NCBI GenBank assembly: GCA_041577295.1
Contig: JBFGJG010000010.1
Coordinates: 32,001-96,000 of the forward strand
Source: Gemmatimonadales bacterium
GTDB lineage: Bacteria > Gemmatimonadota > Gemmatimonadetes > Gemmatimonadales > GWC2-71-9
Direction: 5' to 3'
Length of the DNA stretch: 64,000 bases
Both the position numbers and the translations under genes were made by a program. Below, piece after piece: positions 37,345 through 47,200 of the stretch. Under the pieces are notes generated by a model that was not told where the DNA came from, searched no databases, and was given only the letters and a program-made list of their open reading frames with translations. Position 1 is the stretch's first letter. The number at the start of each line of letters is the position of its first letter.

Positions 37345-38129
37345 AGTACGATCGTCGCCTGACCGCACCCCTCCTCATCACCCTCATCCTCATCGGAGCC
37401 CACTGGTCGTATGGCGTGCTCCGTGGGTACGAGGCGATCGCGCTCGCTGTCGCTTCGGCTATCGTCGCGGAGTTCATTCTCCGAAGACTCTTGACGAATC
37501 AACCGCACCAGCTCGCCAGCGCCTATATCTCGGGCATCAGCATCGCGATCCTCGTGCGTTCCCCCGTGCTGTGGCCCTACGCCGTTGGGGCTGTGTTGTC
37601 GATCATGTCGAAGTTCGTGCTCCGTACGAAGGGGCGGCATTTGTGGAACCCGTCCAACTTTGGCATTTGTGCCCTGCTGTTTCTGGCGCCTTTTGCAGTG
37701 GCGCCGCTCAGCGTGCAATGGGGCAACGATCTGTGGCCGATGCTCATCATCTGGGCCATCGGTCTCAATGCCGTCTGGCTGGCCAAGCGTGCCCACATCA
37801 CGATCGCGTACGTGATCGCGTTTTTCTTCTTTGCGTTTGTACGGAGTGTGATCAGCGACAGCTCGTTTCTGGCGGAAGCCGCTCCCATCACGGGCCCGAT
37901 GTATCAGCTTTTCGCGCTCTTCATGGTCACGGACCCGAAGACCACGGTGTCGTCGAAGCAGGGTGCAATTGTGGTGGTGTGTCTCGTCGCGTTCGTGGAG
38001 ATGTTCTTGCGGCTCGGCGAGGTCATCTATGCACCGTTCTACGCACTCTTCATAGTCGGTCCGATAGCCCTTGTAGTGGAGATGTGGTGGAAGTCACGCG
38101 TTGGAGAGACCCTAACGAGCGAGCGGTGA
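37341..38129 (+). CDS. UnbU (enediyne E5-like) / RnfD-NqrB-related membrane protein
   Basis: ATGA-coupled start at 37341; highly hydrophobic; 'SKFVLR...HLWNPSNFG' and 'FMVTDPKT'. Confidence 0.82.
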   Translation: MKYDRRLTAPLLITLILIGAHWSYGVLRGYEAIALAVASAIVAEFILRRLLTNQPHQLASAYISGISIAILVRSPVLWPYAVGAVLSIMSKFVLRTKGRHLWNPSNFGICALLFLAPFAVAPLSVQWGNDLWPMLIIWAIGLNAVWLAKRAHITIAYVIAFFFFAFVRSVISDSSFLAEAAPITGPMYQLFALFMVTDPKTTVSSKQGAIVVVCLVAFVEMFLRLGEVIYAPFYALFIVGPIALVVEMWWKSRVGETLTSER

Positions 38130-38230
38130 AGGCACCCGGAGTGAAGGATTTGGATTGGATAAGGAGCTAGCCATCGCCCGTCATTCCCCATCTCTCCAAC
38201 CTCCCCTGCCTCCTCTGCACCTTTCCTCCA

Positions 38231-41200
38231 TCACTCCCGCTCCCACGCCAACGGGCGGAGTAGCTGAAGGGCATCATTGTTCCTTGCTACCACGACCAGC
38301 CGGCCGGCCGTGGCGTGCCTGAACGGCTCGAGATCTCGCACTTGGCCGAGCACTACGAGGTTGCTCGTCTCCGGATCCACTGGGGCAAGGTTTCCCAATC
38401 CGTCACCGCGTAGCAGCAAGCCGTAGCTGGCATCGTACTGCCCGTACACCGGTGCAGCGCCATACTGGTTTCCCGCCACGATCACGTCGGCATTTCCATC
38501 ACCATCGACGTCGCCCGGTAACGCGGCGTATATCGGCGCAAACTGGGCTTCGGTGGGGAGTGGACTCAACTCGAACGTGCCGTCACCCCTGTTTAGAGCG
38601 ACAGAGCTTGCGAACCAGTACGCTTCGAGCACTCGAGCCTGGCTCAGCTCCGACGTGGGGAAGAGATCTTCCACGCGGCTCGCCCCAAACTCCGCGTAGG
38701 AGCGGTACCGGCTCCGGAGGGCGGGGATCGCGCGGATCAACTCGTCCCGTCCGATCACCGGATAGCTCACGCCGCTCTTGTAAAAGGTCAGGATTTGATC
38801 CAGCGTACCGTTGCGAGCAAAATCGGACAGGTAGAGACGGGCAGGCTCTCCCGGTGTTGCCCGGATATACGAGTTGTGACCCAGGTTGCCGAGGATGAGA
38901 TCTGGGTGTCCATCTCCCTGGAGATCTGTGACCGTCACGCTGTTCCACCAGCCGTTCGTCCCGGAAAATCCAGCCTCCGCGGTCCGGTCGACTAATCGCC
39001 CTTCCACTTGCCGAAACACGCGGACCGGCATCCACTCCCCAACGAGGATCAAGTCGAGGTGGTCATCCTCGTCGTAATCCACCCATGCCGCCGAGGTTAC
39101 CATTCCGGCTTCGGCCAATCCCTCTGTAACCTCGTTGGTCACGTCGCGGAATTGTCCGCGGCCGTCATTCTGAAGTAGATAGCTTCTTGGAACGCGCCCG
39201 TATTGGCGCGAAACCACGCGGCTTCCCACGAAGAGATCCAGATCGCCATCGCCATCGACGTCGCCGGGCACCGCGCAAGACCCATTTTCAAACATCCCCG
39301 GCAAGGCACTTTCATCCCGTTGAAACCGTCCCTGTCCATCGTTCAGGTACAGGCGGTCGCGCTGCGCCTCATGTTCACCCCAAAACTCGTTTCCACCACT
39401 CACCACGTACAGGTCGTGGAATCCGTCACCGTTTGCGTCGAAGAAGACGGCGTCCACGTCTTCATGCAAACTGTCCCGCTGCAGTACCGCCTCACTAGTG
39501 CGCCGGAACGTTCCGTCACGCCGCTGGACGAGGACCTGTCCAGATTGCCACTTCGCTCCTCCGACATACAGGTCGTCGAGACCGTCGCCGTTGACGTCGG
39601 CAATGGCAAGGGCAGGCCCCTCGGTCGAGAGCTGGTGGGGAATGAGTGGTTCACGCGTATAGTCGAAGAACCTGTTCTCCTGATGCTGGTACTGGATCGC
39701 CACGTCGGCCGTGACGTCGTCGAACAGATCGGTTTGCTGCTCCTGCCCGTACGCGTAGCGCCCAGCCGCCTCGTCCTGCAGCAGCGTGATGGTCTGATCC
39801 GCCGCGACGCCCTCCAGGGTCTGAAATCGCCCATCGGGCCAGATGATGAGCAGAGAGTCGATTTCGACGGATGGTCCCAAACCAAAATGCAATCGATGAT
39901 CGATTGACGACTGGAAGCCACGCGTTGGCATTTGCTCGACTAGTTGCTTCGTGCCGTCGTGTGTGATGATGACCTTGGTACCGATGCCCGCCGTATTTGG
40001 CGCAGCACCCTCGAGATGAATGGTAAGGTAGTGGTAGCCATTCAACTCGCGCGCGCGGTTTCGGTAGATGCCCGCCGAGGCTTCGATGTTGTTGACGACC
40101 AGATCGAGCGCGCCGTCGTTGTCGAGATCGACATACGCCGCGCCTGTCGAGAACCCTGCCTGACCGAGACCCCAGACCTCCGCCACATTGGTGAAGGTCA
40201 GGTCGGCGTTGTTGCGGTAGGCGTAATTCGCAATCGGGATTCGAGGCATTCTCGCGTGCAGCGTCGCCAAGAGCTCTTCGGTGATCCCAGCGGCCAGTGA
40301 CGCCTGGACTGCACGGTCGGCCACGTAGGTGACGTAATCGAGGTCGTTCGGACGCCGGTAAATGCCATTCGTGATGAAGAGATCTTTGTGCCCGTCGTTG
40401 TCCAGGTCGGCAAAGAGAGGTGCCCAGCTCCAGTCTGTCGCATAGATGCCGGCCAGATAACCGATCTCGCTGAAGCGTCCCTTTCCCCGATTGAGCTGGA
40501 GCGTGTTACGCGCGTACTGTGGGTGGTAGCCGGCGCGTCGTTTCATTTCATGAATGGCTAGGTCTTCCGTGTTGGCGGATGTCTTGAGGATGTCCTCTCG
40601 CTCGGGCAGCATATCGAGCACCACGAGGTCCGGTCTGGCATCGTTGTTAAAGTCTGCCGCGTCGACCCCCATCGAGGAGTGGCTGGTATGCCCCGTGGCC
40701 CCATCGATGGATTCGGTGAACGTTCCATCGCAATTGTTCAGGTACAAGAAGTCACTTTCGTGAAAGTCATTTGCCACGAAGATGTCGGGACAGCCATCGA
40801 TATTGAGGTCGCTGACCGTCACCCCGAGACCGTATCCTTCGACACCGCCGTAAATGCCAGCGGGTTCGCTGACATCTACGAAACGTCCGGCCTCGTTGCG
40901 ATAGAGGCGGTCTCCCGCCGTCGGATGGCGCGCGTTGCGTTCTGGGTCCCACGCCTTACCGCGCTCCTCGTGGGTGGAGTGGTTCAGGAGATACATGTCG
41001 AGGTCACCATCGCCGTCGTAGTCGAAGAACGCGGCCTGGGTCGAGTACCCCACGTGTGCAAGCCCATACTCCGTGGCCCGGTCAGTGAAGGTGCCGTCAC
41101 CATTGTTGATGTACAGTGCGTTTCGGCCCCGCACGCTCAGGTGAGTCACCGTCGATACGTAGATGTCGAGGTGCCCGTCGCCGTTCACGTCGGCCATGGT

Positions 41201-41542
41201 TACGCCTGACTTCCATCCTGGTGTGTTGCCGACACCGGCCTGCTCGGTGATATCGACGAAGCGAAAATTGCCTTCGTTGCGATAGAGTCGATCGGAGCCA
41301 AGGTTGGAAGTAAAGAACAGATCAGACAGGCCGTCGCCGTCGACATCCCCCGCTGCCACACCACCACCGTTGTAGTAGTTGAGGTAATTGATGATGTTGA
41401 GTTCCGGCCTTTCCGGGAGTGTATTGATAAATGTCACACCTGTGCTTCGTGGCGAGAGCAACTCGAACAGCTCGTGTGAACCTCGATCACAGCCGATGAG
41501 CGATAGCAGACAGATGATGAGAGTCAGCTTGCTTAGGCTCAT
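38231..41542 (-). CDS. VCBS/FG-GAP repeat + ASPIC/UnbV lipoprotein (about 1100 aa)
   Basis: Start MSLSKLTLIICLLSLIGC; 'YYNGGGVAAGD', many DxDxDG repeats, 'TDWSWAPL', 'RGFQSS...HFGLG...WPDG', second propeller. Confidence 0.9.
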   Translation of the reverse strand: MSLSKLTLIICLLSLIGCDRGSHELFELLSPRSTGVTFINTLPERPELNIINYLNYYNGGGVAAGDVDGDGLSDLFFTSNLGSDRLYRNEGNFRFVDITEQAGVGNTPGWKSGVTMADVNGDGHLDIYVSTVTHLSVRGRNALYINNGDGTFTDRATEYGLAHVGYSTQAAFFDYDGDGDLDMYLLNHSTHEERGKAWDPERNARHPTAGDRLYRNEAGRFVDVSEPAGIYGGVEGYGLGVTVSDLNIDGCPDIFVANDFHESDFLYLNNCDGTFTESIDGATGHTSHSSMGVDAADFNNDARPDLVVLDMLPEREDILKTSANTEDLAIHEMKRRAGYHPQYARNTLQLNRGKGRFSEIGYLAGIYATDWSWAPLFADLDNDGHKDLFITNGIYRRPNDLDYVTYVADRAVQASLAAGITEELLATLHARMPRIPIANYAYRNNADLTFTNVAEVWGLGQAGFSTGAAYVDLDNDGALDLVVNNIEASAGIYRNRARELNGYHYLTIHLEGAAPNTAGIGTKVIITHDGTKQLVEQMPTRGFQSSIDHRLHFGLGPSVEIDSLLIIWPDGRFQTLEGVAADQTITLLQDEAAGRYAYGQEQQTDLFDDVTADVAIQYQHQENRFFDYTREPLIPHQLSTEGPALAIADVNGDGLDDLYVGGAKWQSGQVLVQRRDGTFRRTSEAVLQRDSLHEDVDAVFFDANGDGFHDLYVVSGGNEFWGEHEAQRDRLYLNDGQGRFQRDESALPGMFENGSCAVPGDVDGDGDLDLFVGSRVVSRQYGRVPRSYLLQNDGRGQFRDVTNEVTEGLAEAGMVTSAAWVDYDEDDHLDLILVGEWMPVRVFRQVEGRLVDRTAEAGFSGTNGWWNSVTVTDLQGDGHPDLILGNLGHNSYIRATPGEPARLYLSDFARNGTLDQILTFYKSGVSYPVIGRDELIRAIPALRSRYRSYAEFGASRVEDLFPTSELSQARVLEAYWFASSVALNRGDGTFELSPLPTEAQFAPIYAALPGDVDGDGNADVIVAGNQYGAAPVYGQYDASYGLLLRGDGLGNLAPVDPETSNLVVLGQVRDLEPFRHATAGRLVVVARNNDALQLLRPLAWERE

Positions 41543-41554
41543 GACCAAGAGGTT

Positions 41555-41572
41555 GCCACAGAGGACACGGAG
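41555..41572 (+). repeat. Dispersed 18-bp repeat, copy 3 (GCCACAGAGGACACGGAG)
   Basis: Intergenic between GH97 and the VCBS gene. Confidence 0.6.
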
Positions 41573-41669
41573 CAGTACTGGGAGTGGACAGAGTAACTCA
41601 ATCGATTGTGCTCGCTTCACCCCAAGCTCAAAGTCATTATCAAACGCCTCTGGGAAATCACAGAGGGGT

Positions 41670-43706
41670 TCATCGCGTCGCGGGACGCACCCTGATCGCT
41701 TGCCCGCCTCCCGGAACGAGTGAAAGAGTGAGGCGTGACCCGGCATCGACCATCTGCTCCGATATCTGGATCGCAAGCGGGTTGTCTCGCCAATGGGCAC
41801 CGGGATCGTCGGCATAGACTTCGGCCACATACTGCTGACCCGGCGTGAGGAATGAGAGCGAGACCTCGACCTTTCGTGCCTCTTCATCAGTGATCGCACC
41901 GATGAACCAGTCGTCGCCACCGCGCTCCCTGCGGGCGACGACCACGTAGTCGCCGATCTTCCCGCCCATGACACGTGTGGTATCCCAGTCTACCGGGACA
42001 TCACGAATGAACTGGAGTGCAGGGTGATCGACGTAGTTCTCCGGGAGATCGGCCGCCATTTGCTGCGGTGAGTAGAGCACGACGTAGAGGGCGAGCTGTT
42101 TGGCGAGGGTCGTTCGAATGCGCGACTCCTCGGTGCGCCGCGGCGTCCCGGTGGCGCTTTCGATGGGAATGTCAAACACACCTGGTGTGAAATCCATCGG
42201 TCCAGACAGCATCCGCGTGAAGAACAAAATGGCCTCGTGCTCGGGCGGGTTACCGCCATCGCCCGACCACGCGTTGTACTCCTGTCCGCGTGCTCCTTCA
42301 CGTGTCATCATGTTTGGGTAAGTACGCCGTTCACCGGTGTCCTTGATCGGCTCATGCGCATTGACGGCAATGCGGTAACGCGCAGCCGTTTCGATCACCT
42401 TTCGCCAGTGCCGCACCATGTACTGCCCGTGATGGGCGTGCCCCTCTGGGGTCAGATCGCCCACGTAACCCGTCTTGATAGTGGAAATGCCCAGTGAATG
42501 GTAGAGGCGGAAGGCGTCTTCGAGTTGGCGCTCGTAATTTTGGATGCCCATCGACGTTTCGTTATGACCGATGAGGGTCACACCGCGTTCGTGGGCATAG
42601 GCGGCCAACGCCGAAAGGTCGTAGTCCGGATAGGGCTCCGTGAAAGAAAACAGATCACCATTTTGCATCCAGTCGCCATCCCACCCGCGGTTCCACCCCT
42701 CTACCAAGACGCCACCAAACCCGTTGGCCGCAGCGAAATCGATGTATCGCTTGGCATTTTGGGTGGTCGCGCCATGCTTGGGGCCGGAGTTCCACGTCAT
42801 GACCCCGATGTGCATCCCCCACCAGATCCCGATGTACTTCATCGGTTTGATCCATCCGGTATCCTCGAGCACGTTGGGTGGGTTGAGGTTCAGACCTATG
42901 ACCGACGGTGCGAGGTCCGCGGCGCGGTCGGCAACTTGAATCGTTCGCCATGGCGTCACCAACGGTGTGCGGCCATACACCCCGACACCGTCCGCATAGG
43001 GGGCCAGCCATGCGCGCAGCCGCTTATCTCCTGTGCCCAAGAGATTCATCGCCGCGTAGTCGACGAGATTCGCCTCATGAATCACGACGTGCAGGCCGCT
43101 CGACATCTCCATGGTGAGCGGGGTGTGGACCGTATCGAGCATGCTGACCGGCGACGCCGAGTAGAGAAATTCGTAGCGGTTCCAGCGGTGGGCGGGAATC
43201 CACCAGGACCGAGCATTGTCCGCCATATGGAACTCGGTCAGCTCGTTCGTGATCGCGAAGGAGTCCAGACTCGGTTGCGCGGGAAGCTCGTAGCGAAAAC
43301 CGATGCCATCGTCAAAGGCTCGAAACACGATCGTGAAGCGCCGCGCGGGCGCGGCCGTTTCCGCCACCGAGACGCGCAGCTCGTTGTGATGATCACGGAC
43401 CCGCGCCACCTCACCCCACACCTGTGTCCAGATCTGGTCGACGGTCCGCTCAGCCGTGTCGGTCACGCGCAGTCCATCCCGGAGTGATGGGACATCACGG
43501 AACTCGAAACCGAGCTGCGAAGGCAGGACGACCGGCTGGTCATCGCGGATTAGGCTGTAGTAAAGCTTACCTTCATCAATCCCGACGATGACGTGGTTGC
43601 GACCGTCTGGTGAAGCGACGCGATAACGGTCCTGCGCAACTGCGGTCGTGGTGATCGCCATCGCCCAAGCGACGCTGAGGAGGGCAACCGTGCGACGTGT
43701 TTCCAT
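41670..43706 (-). CDS. susB: GH97 alpha-glucosidase (SusB-like)
   Basis: Signal peptide, 'KYIGIWWGMH', 'KHGATT', 'LVEGWN', 'HNET', 'AHEPIKDTG...REGARGQEY', 'GPMDFTPG', 'QMAADL'. Confidence 0.93.
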   Translation of the reverse strand: METRRTVALLSVAWAMAITTTAVAQDRYRVASPDGRNHVIVGIDEGKLYYSLIRDDQPVVLPSQLGFEFRDVPSLRDGLRVTDTAERTVDQIWTQVWGEVARVRDHHNELRVSVAETAAPARRFTIVFRAFDDGIGFRYELPAQPSLDSFAITNELTEFHMADNARSWWIPAHRWNRYEFLYSASPVSMLDTVHTPLTMEMSSGLHVVIHEANLVDYAAMNLLGTGDKRLRAWLAPYADGVGVYGRTPLVTPWRTIQVADRAADLAPSVIGLNLNPPNVLEDTGWIKPMKYIGIWWGMHIGVMTWNSGPKHGATTQNAKRYIDFAAANGFGGVLVEGWNRGWDGDWMQNGDLFSFTEPYPDYDLSALAAYAHERGVTLIGHNETSMGIQNYERQLEDAFRLYHSLGISTIKTGYVGDLTPEGHAHHGQYMVRHWRKVIETAARYRIAVNAHEPIKDTGERRTYPNMMTREGARGQEYNAWSGDGGNPPEHEAILFFTRMLSGPMDFTPGVFDIPIESATGTPRRTEESRIRTTLAKQLALYVVLYSPQQMAADLPENYVDHPALQFIRDVPVDWDTTRVMGGKIGDYVVVARRERGGDDWFIGAITDEEARKVEVSLSFLTPGQQYVAEVYADDPGAHWRDNPLAIQISEQMVDAGSRLTLSLVPGGGQAIRVRPATR

Positions 43707-43777
43707 AGTGGTTCTGTTCTCCGGTCATGAAGCCATGGCATAGCAGCGCTGCGAAGCGTGCGGAGGTATATTACGCT

Positions 43778-44242
43778 ATGCGCTCGCCGCGCGCCTTGTT
43801 GCTTGTTGGGCTCCTCGGGGCGTGTGCCCAAGCCAGCAGTACCGGCCAGGGTGACACAGGGGACGCGCCCGAACCCAGCCCCCCTCCTCCCGATCCGTCC
43901 CTGACCGCAGAAGACATCGAACGAGCACCCAACGAGCCCATCGAGCAGTTGCTGATGAGTCGGTTCCCCGGCATCGTGGTAGCCAGGGCGCCCGATGGTA
44001 GCCTGGCCATCCGCATAAGGGGCAGGACGTCCATCCTGGGGAGCAACGAGCCCCTCTACGTGATCGACGGCCTGCCCGTGAATCCGGGGCCAGGGGGAGG
44101 TCTCACCGGGATCAATCCACACGACATCGAGTCCATCGAGGTGCTGACGGATGCTGCCAGCACCACGATGTATGGCGTGCGGGGTGCGAATGGTGTCATC
44201 GTGATCAAGACAAAGATGCCAGAGCGGCCGCCGCCTCAATGA
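43778..44242 (+). CDS. Stand-alone SusC-type TonB-dependent receptor plug domain lipoprotein
   Basis: Lipobox LLGAC; 'IRIRG...EPLYVIDG...INPHDIESIEVL..AA...YGVRGANGVIVIKTK'; stop codon 9 codons later, no barrel. Confidence 0.88.
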   Translation: MRSPRALLLVGLLGACAQASSTGQGDTGDAPEPSPPPPDPSLTAEDIERAPNEPIEQLLMSRFPGIVVARAPDGSLAIRIRGRTSILGSNEPLYVIDGLPVNPGPGGGLTGINPHDIESIEVLTDAASTTMYGVRGANGVIVIKTKMPERPPPQ

Positions 44243-44246
44243 TCGC

Positions 44247-47200
44247 CTAGGGCGCGGCCGCCTGTCGCCCAGGCGTCCGTTGAAAGAGGAGCGGTCGGTC
44301 GTTGTTTCGTGTCACCACCACCACTTCACCGTGCCGAGTGGACAATCGCTGGATATCCCGCCCCTGACCCGGCACGAAGAACCCGCTTTCCGACACCTCA
44401 ACCGGAGTAAACCCGCCGGTTCCGTCTCCCCTAAGCAATAGGCCGTAGCTGCCGCTGAGGCGGCCGATTTCAGGCTCTACGCCGTCCAGGTTCCCCGTGA
44501 GGAGCACGTCGAGCAACCCATCGCCGTCCAGGTCGGCTGCGAGCAAGCCGTAAACGGGAGCCAACTGCGCTTCAATTGGCAAGGGGACGAGCGTGAACGA
44601 GCCGTCCCCGTTGTTTCGCATCAGGCTCGTTGCAAAGGTATACGCCTGTCTCACCACCGCGTCCGTCAGCTCCCCTTGGGTGAAGATGTCGCTCACCGTT
44701 TGCTGGGCGTACCGCTCGTATGTAGGGTAACGCTCTCTGAGGTAGGGAAGGGCCTTCAGCAGATCATCCCGCAGCACGAGAGGGTAGCTCACGCCGCCCG
44801 AGTAGGTTGACACGATCTGTTCGACAAAGCCGTTGCGATCAAAGTCCTTTACGTACATCGTAGCAGGTTCCTGCTCCGAGGCCGTAAAGCGGCTGTTGAA
44901 CCCCAAGTTACCGACTACGAAGTCAGTCCTACCGTCCCCGTTGAAATCGCCTGCTACGATCCGATTCCACCAGCCGTGGCTACGCTCCAAGCCAGGCGTC
45001 GCGATGCGCTCGAGGCTGCGCCCCGTATTGCGAAAGATCGTAATCGGCATCCACTCACCGACGACAATGAGATCCGGCAGCCTGTCCCCATCGAGGTCGT
45101 TCCACATTGCATCGGTCACCATGCCGACACGGACCAGCTCCGGTGCCACCTGTTCCGCCACATTGCGGAAGCGACCTTTGCCGTCGTTTTCGAGGAGCAC
45201 GCTTTGCGGGTCGAAGCCGTATCGCCGCGGTATGACGCGACCTCCCACGAAGAGATCGAGGTCACCGTCCCCGTCGAAATCCGCTGGTGCGACCCGCGAT
45301 CCGCTAATGCTCATGGATGGCAGGTGATCGCCCGCCTTCGAAAACCTACCGCGGCCATCGTTCATGTAGAGCCGGTCCTGGAGGGCCGGCGCCAAGTCTG
45401 AAAACTCGCTACCGCCACTGACCACGTAGAGGTCGGGATGGCCGTCCCCGTTCGCGTCAAAGAACACCGCTCCAAGATCTTCCGATACCCGATCCCGCTC
45501 AAACAGTTGCTCGTTGGTCTCGACGAACCCACCGCTACGTCGCTGGACGAGCAGGTGACCGGGCTGATCCTTCGCACCACCAATGAACACGTCGTCCAGC
45601 CCGTCACTGTTGACATCCGCGACCGCCATGAGCGGTCCTTCGGTCGACAGCATCCTCGGAATCAGGGGCTCCCGATCAAAGTCGGAGAACACGTTCTCTC
45701 GGTGCGTGAAGTCCATGGAGACAATAGAGGTCACATCTGTGAACATGGCCACCGACTCCTGCCGGGTCGGTGGATTTGGGGCGACGGCATCAGACCAGCG
45801 CACGATCACGCGCTGGTTGGTGGCGATGTCGGTGAGTACGCTGACCCTGCCGTCGGGCCACTCTACGACCAGCGAGTCGATGGTCTGGAGCTGGCCGATC
45901 CCAAAGGTGAGCACGTAGTCCACGCTCGACTGGAAACCTCGCGACGGCATGTGCTCCTGAAAGAACTGCTGTCCTGCACTGTAAAGAGTCGCCTTTGCTC
46001 CGATGCCAAAGCGATTACGTCCCTCGCCTTCGAGCACCGCCTGGACGTAACCGTGGTCGAACAGCGACCGGGCGTTGTTGCGATAGATGGAGACTTCTTC
46101 GTTGACGTTGTTCACCACCAGATCGAGGGCACCGTCGCCGTCGAGATCGCCGTATGCCGCACCGTTGGAGAATGCCCGCGTGTTGAGGCCCCACTCTTCC
46201 CCGACATCTGTAAACGCAAAGTGCCCGAGGTTGCGGAACGCGTAGTTGGGGAGCTTGGTGGAGGTCATCACGTCGATGAGCCTCAGGAAATCAACGCGCT
46301 CGCCCCGTGCGGCTGCTCTCATCGTCTCCTCGTTTGCCAAGAAGGAGACGTAGTCTTGTGAGGTGACGTCTCGCAGGATGCCGTTCGTCACATGAATGTC
46401 TTTGTGACCATCCAAATCAAAATCTGCAATGAGAGCGCTCCAGCTCCAATCCGTTCGCGCCACGCCGGCCAGCTGGCCGATTTCCGTGAACGTACCATTG
46501 CCGTTGTTGCGATGCAGCATGTTACGCATGAACTGGTGGTGAAAGTCGTTCTTGAGCTTGAACTGGTAGCTGCTCCAATTGTCGAAGGAGGAGGTCGTCT
46601 TGAGTCGATAGTCGTCCTCGGGGAGCATGTCCGTCACGTAAATGTCGAGCCACCCATCATTATCGATATCGGCCATGTCCAACCCCATAGATGAGAGGCT
46701 GATCGATGGCATCTGGTGCTCGAGCAGCTCCGCAAAGGTCCCATCACCGTTGTTGATGTAGAGATAGTCCCGCTCGAAGAAATCGTTCGAGATGTAAAGG
46801 TCCGGCCAATCATCCCCGTTCACATCTCCGATGGCCACGCCGAGACCAAAAGCGATCTCGCTTCCAAAGATCCCCGCCTCCTCGCTCACATCGACGAAGT
46901 GGTCTCCGTCGTTGCGATACAGTTTGTCACCGCCGGCTTCGTGGCGTACGTCACGAACGTTGCGGAGCCCAAAACTGCTTGCAGCGCGTGGTGAGTTGTT
47001 GACGAGATAGAGGTCCAGATCGCCATCGCGGTCATAATCGAAGAACGCGCCATGAGTCGAGTAACCCTGGTCCGCGAGGCCATACTGGGCCGCCATCTCC
47101 TCGAAGGTGGGCACCCCCTGTGCGTCCAGGCCCTGGTGGATGTACAGCTCGTTGGCACGGCGCTCGTCCGCGGCGTTCCCAGCGTAGCAGACGTAGATGT

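Noticed and set aside
37341..38129. Genuine rnfD/nqrB respiratory subunit
   Set aside because: Too short, no evident FMN-attachment (S/T)GAT motif, and no other rnf/nqr genes.
38175..38230. Pyrimidine-rich, roughly 8-bp-period tract between convergent genes
   Set aside because: Too degenerate to define a repeat unit; not CRISPR-like.
41543..41974. Long N-terminal extensions in the track (also on trehalase, the Hyi-like gene, SusC, SusD and the peroxidase)
   Set aside because: Downstream ATGs place signal peptides or lipoboxes at the N-terminus, and in most cases remove overlaps with neighbouring genes.
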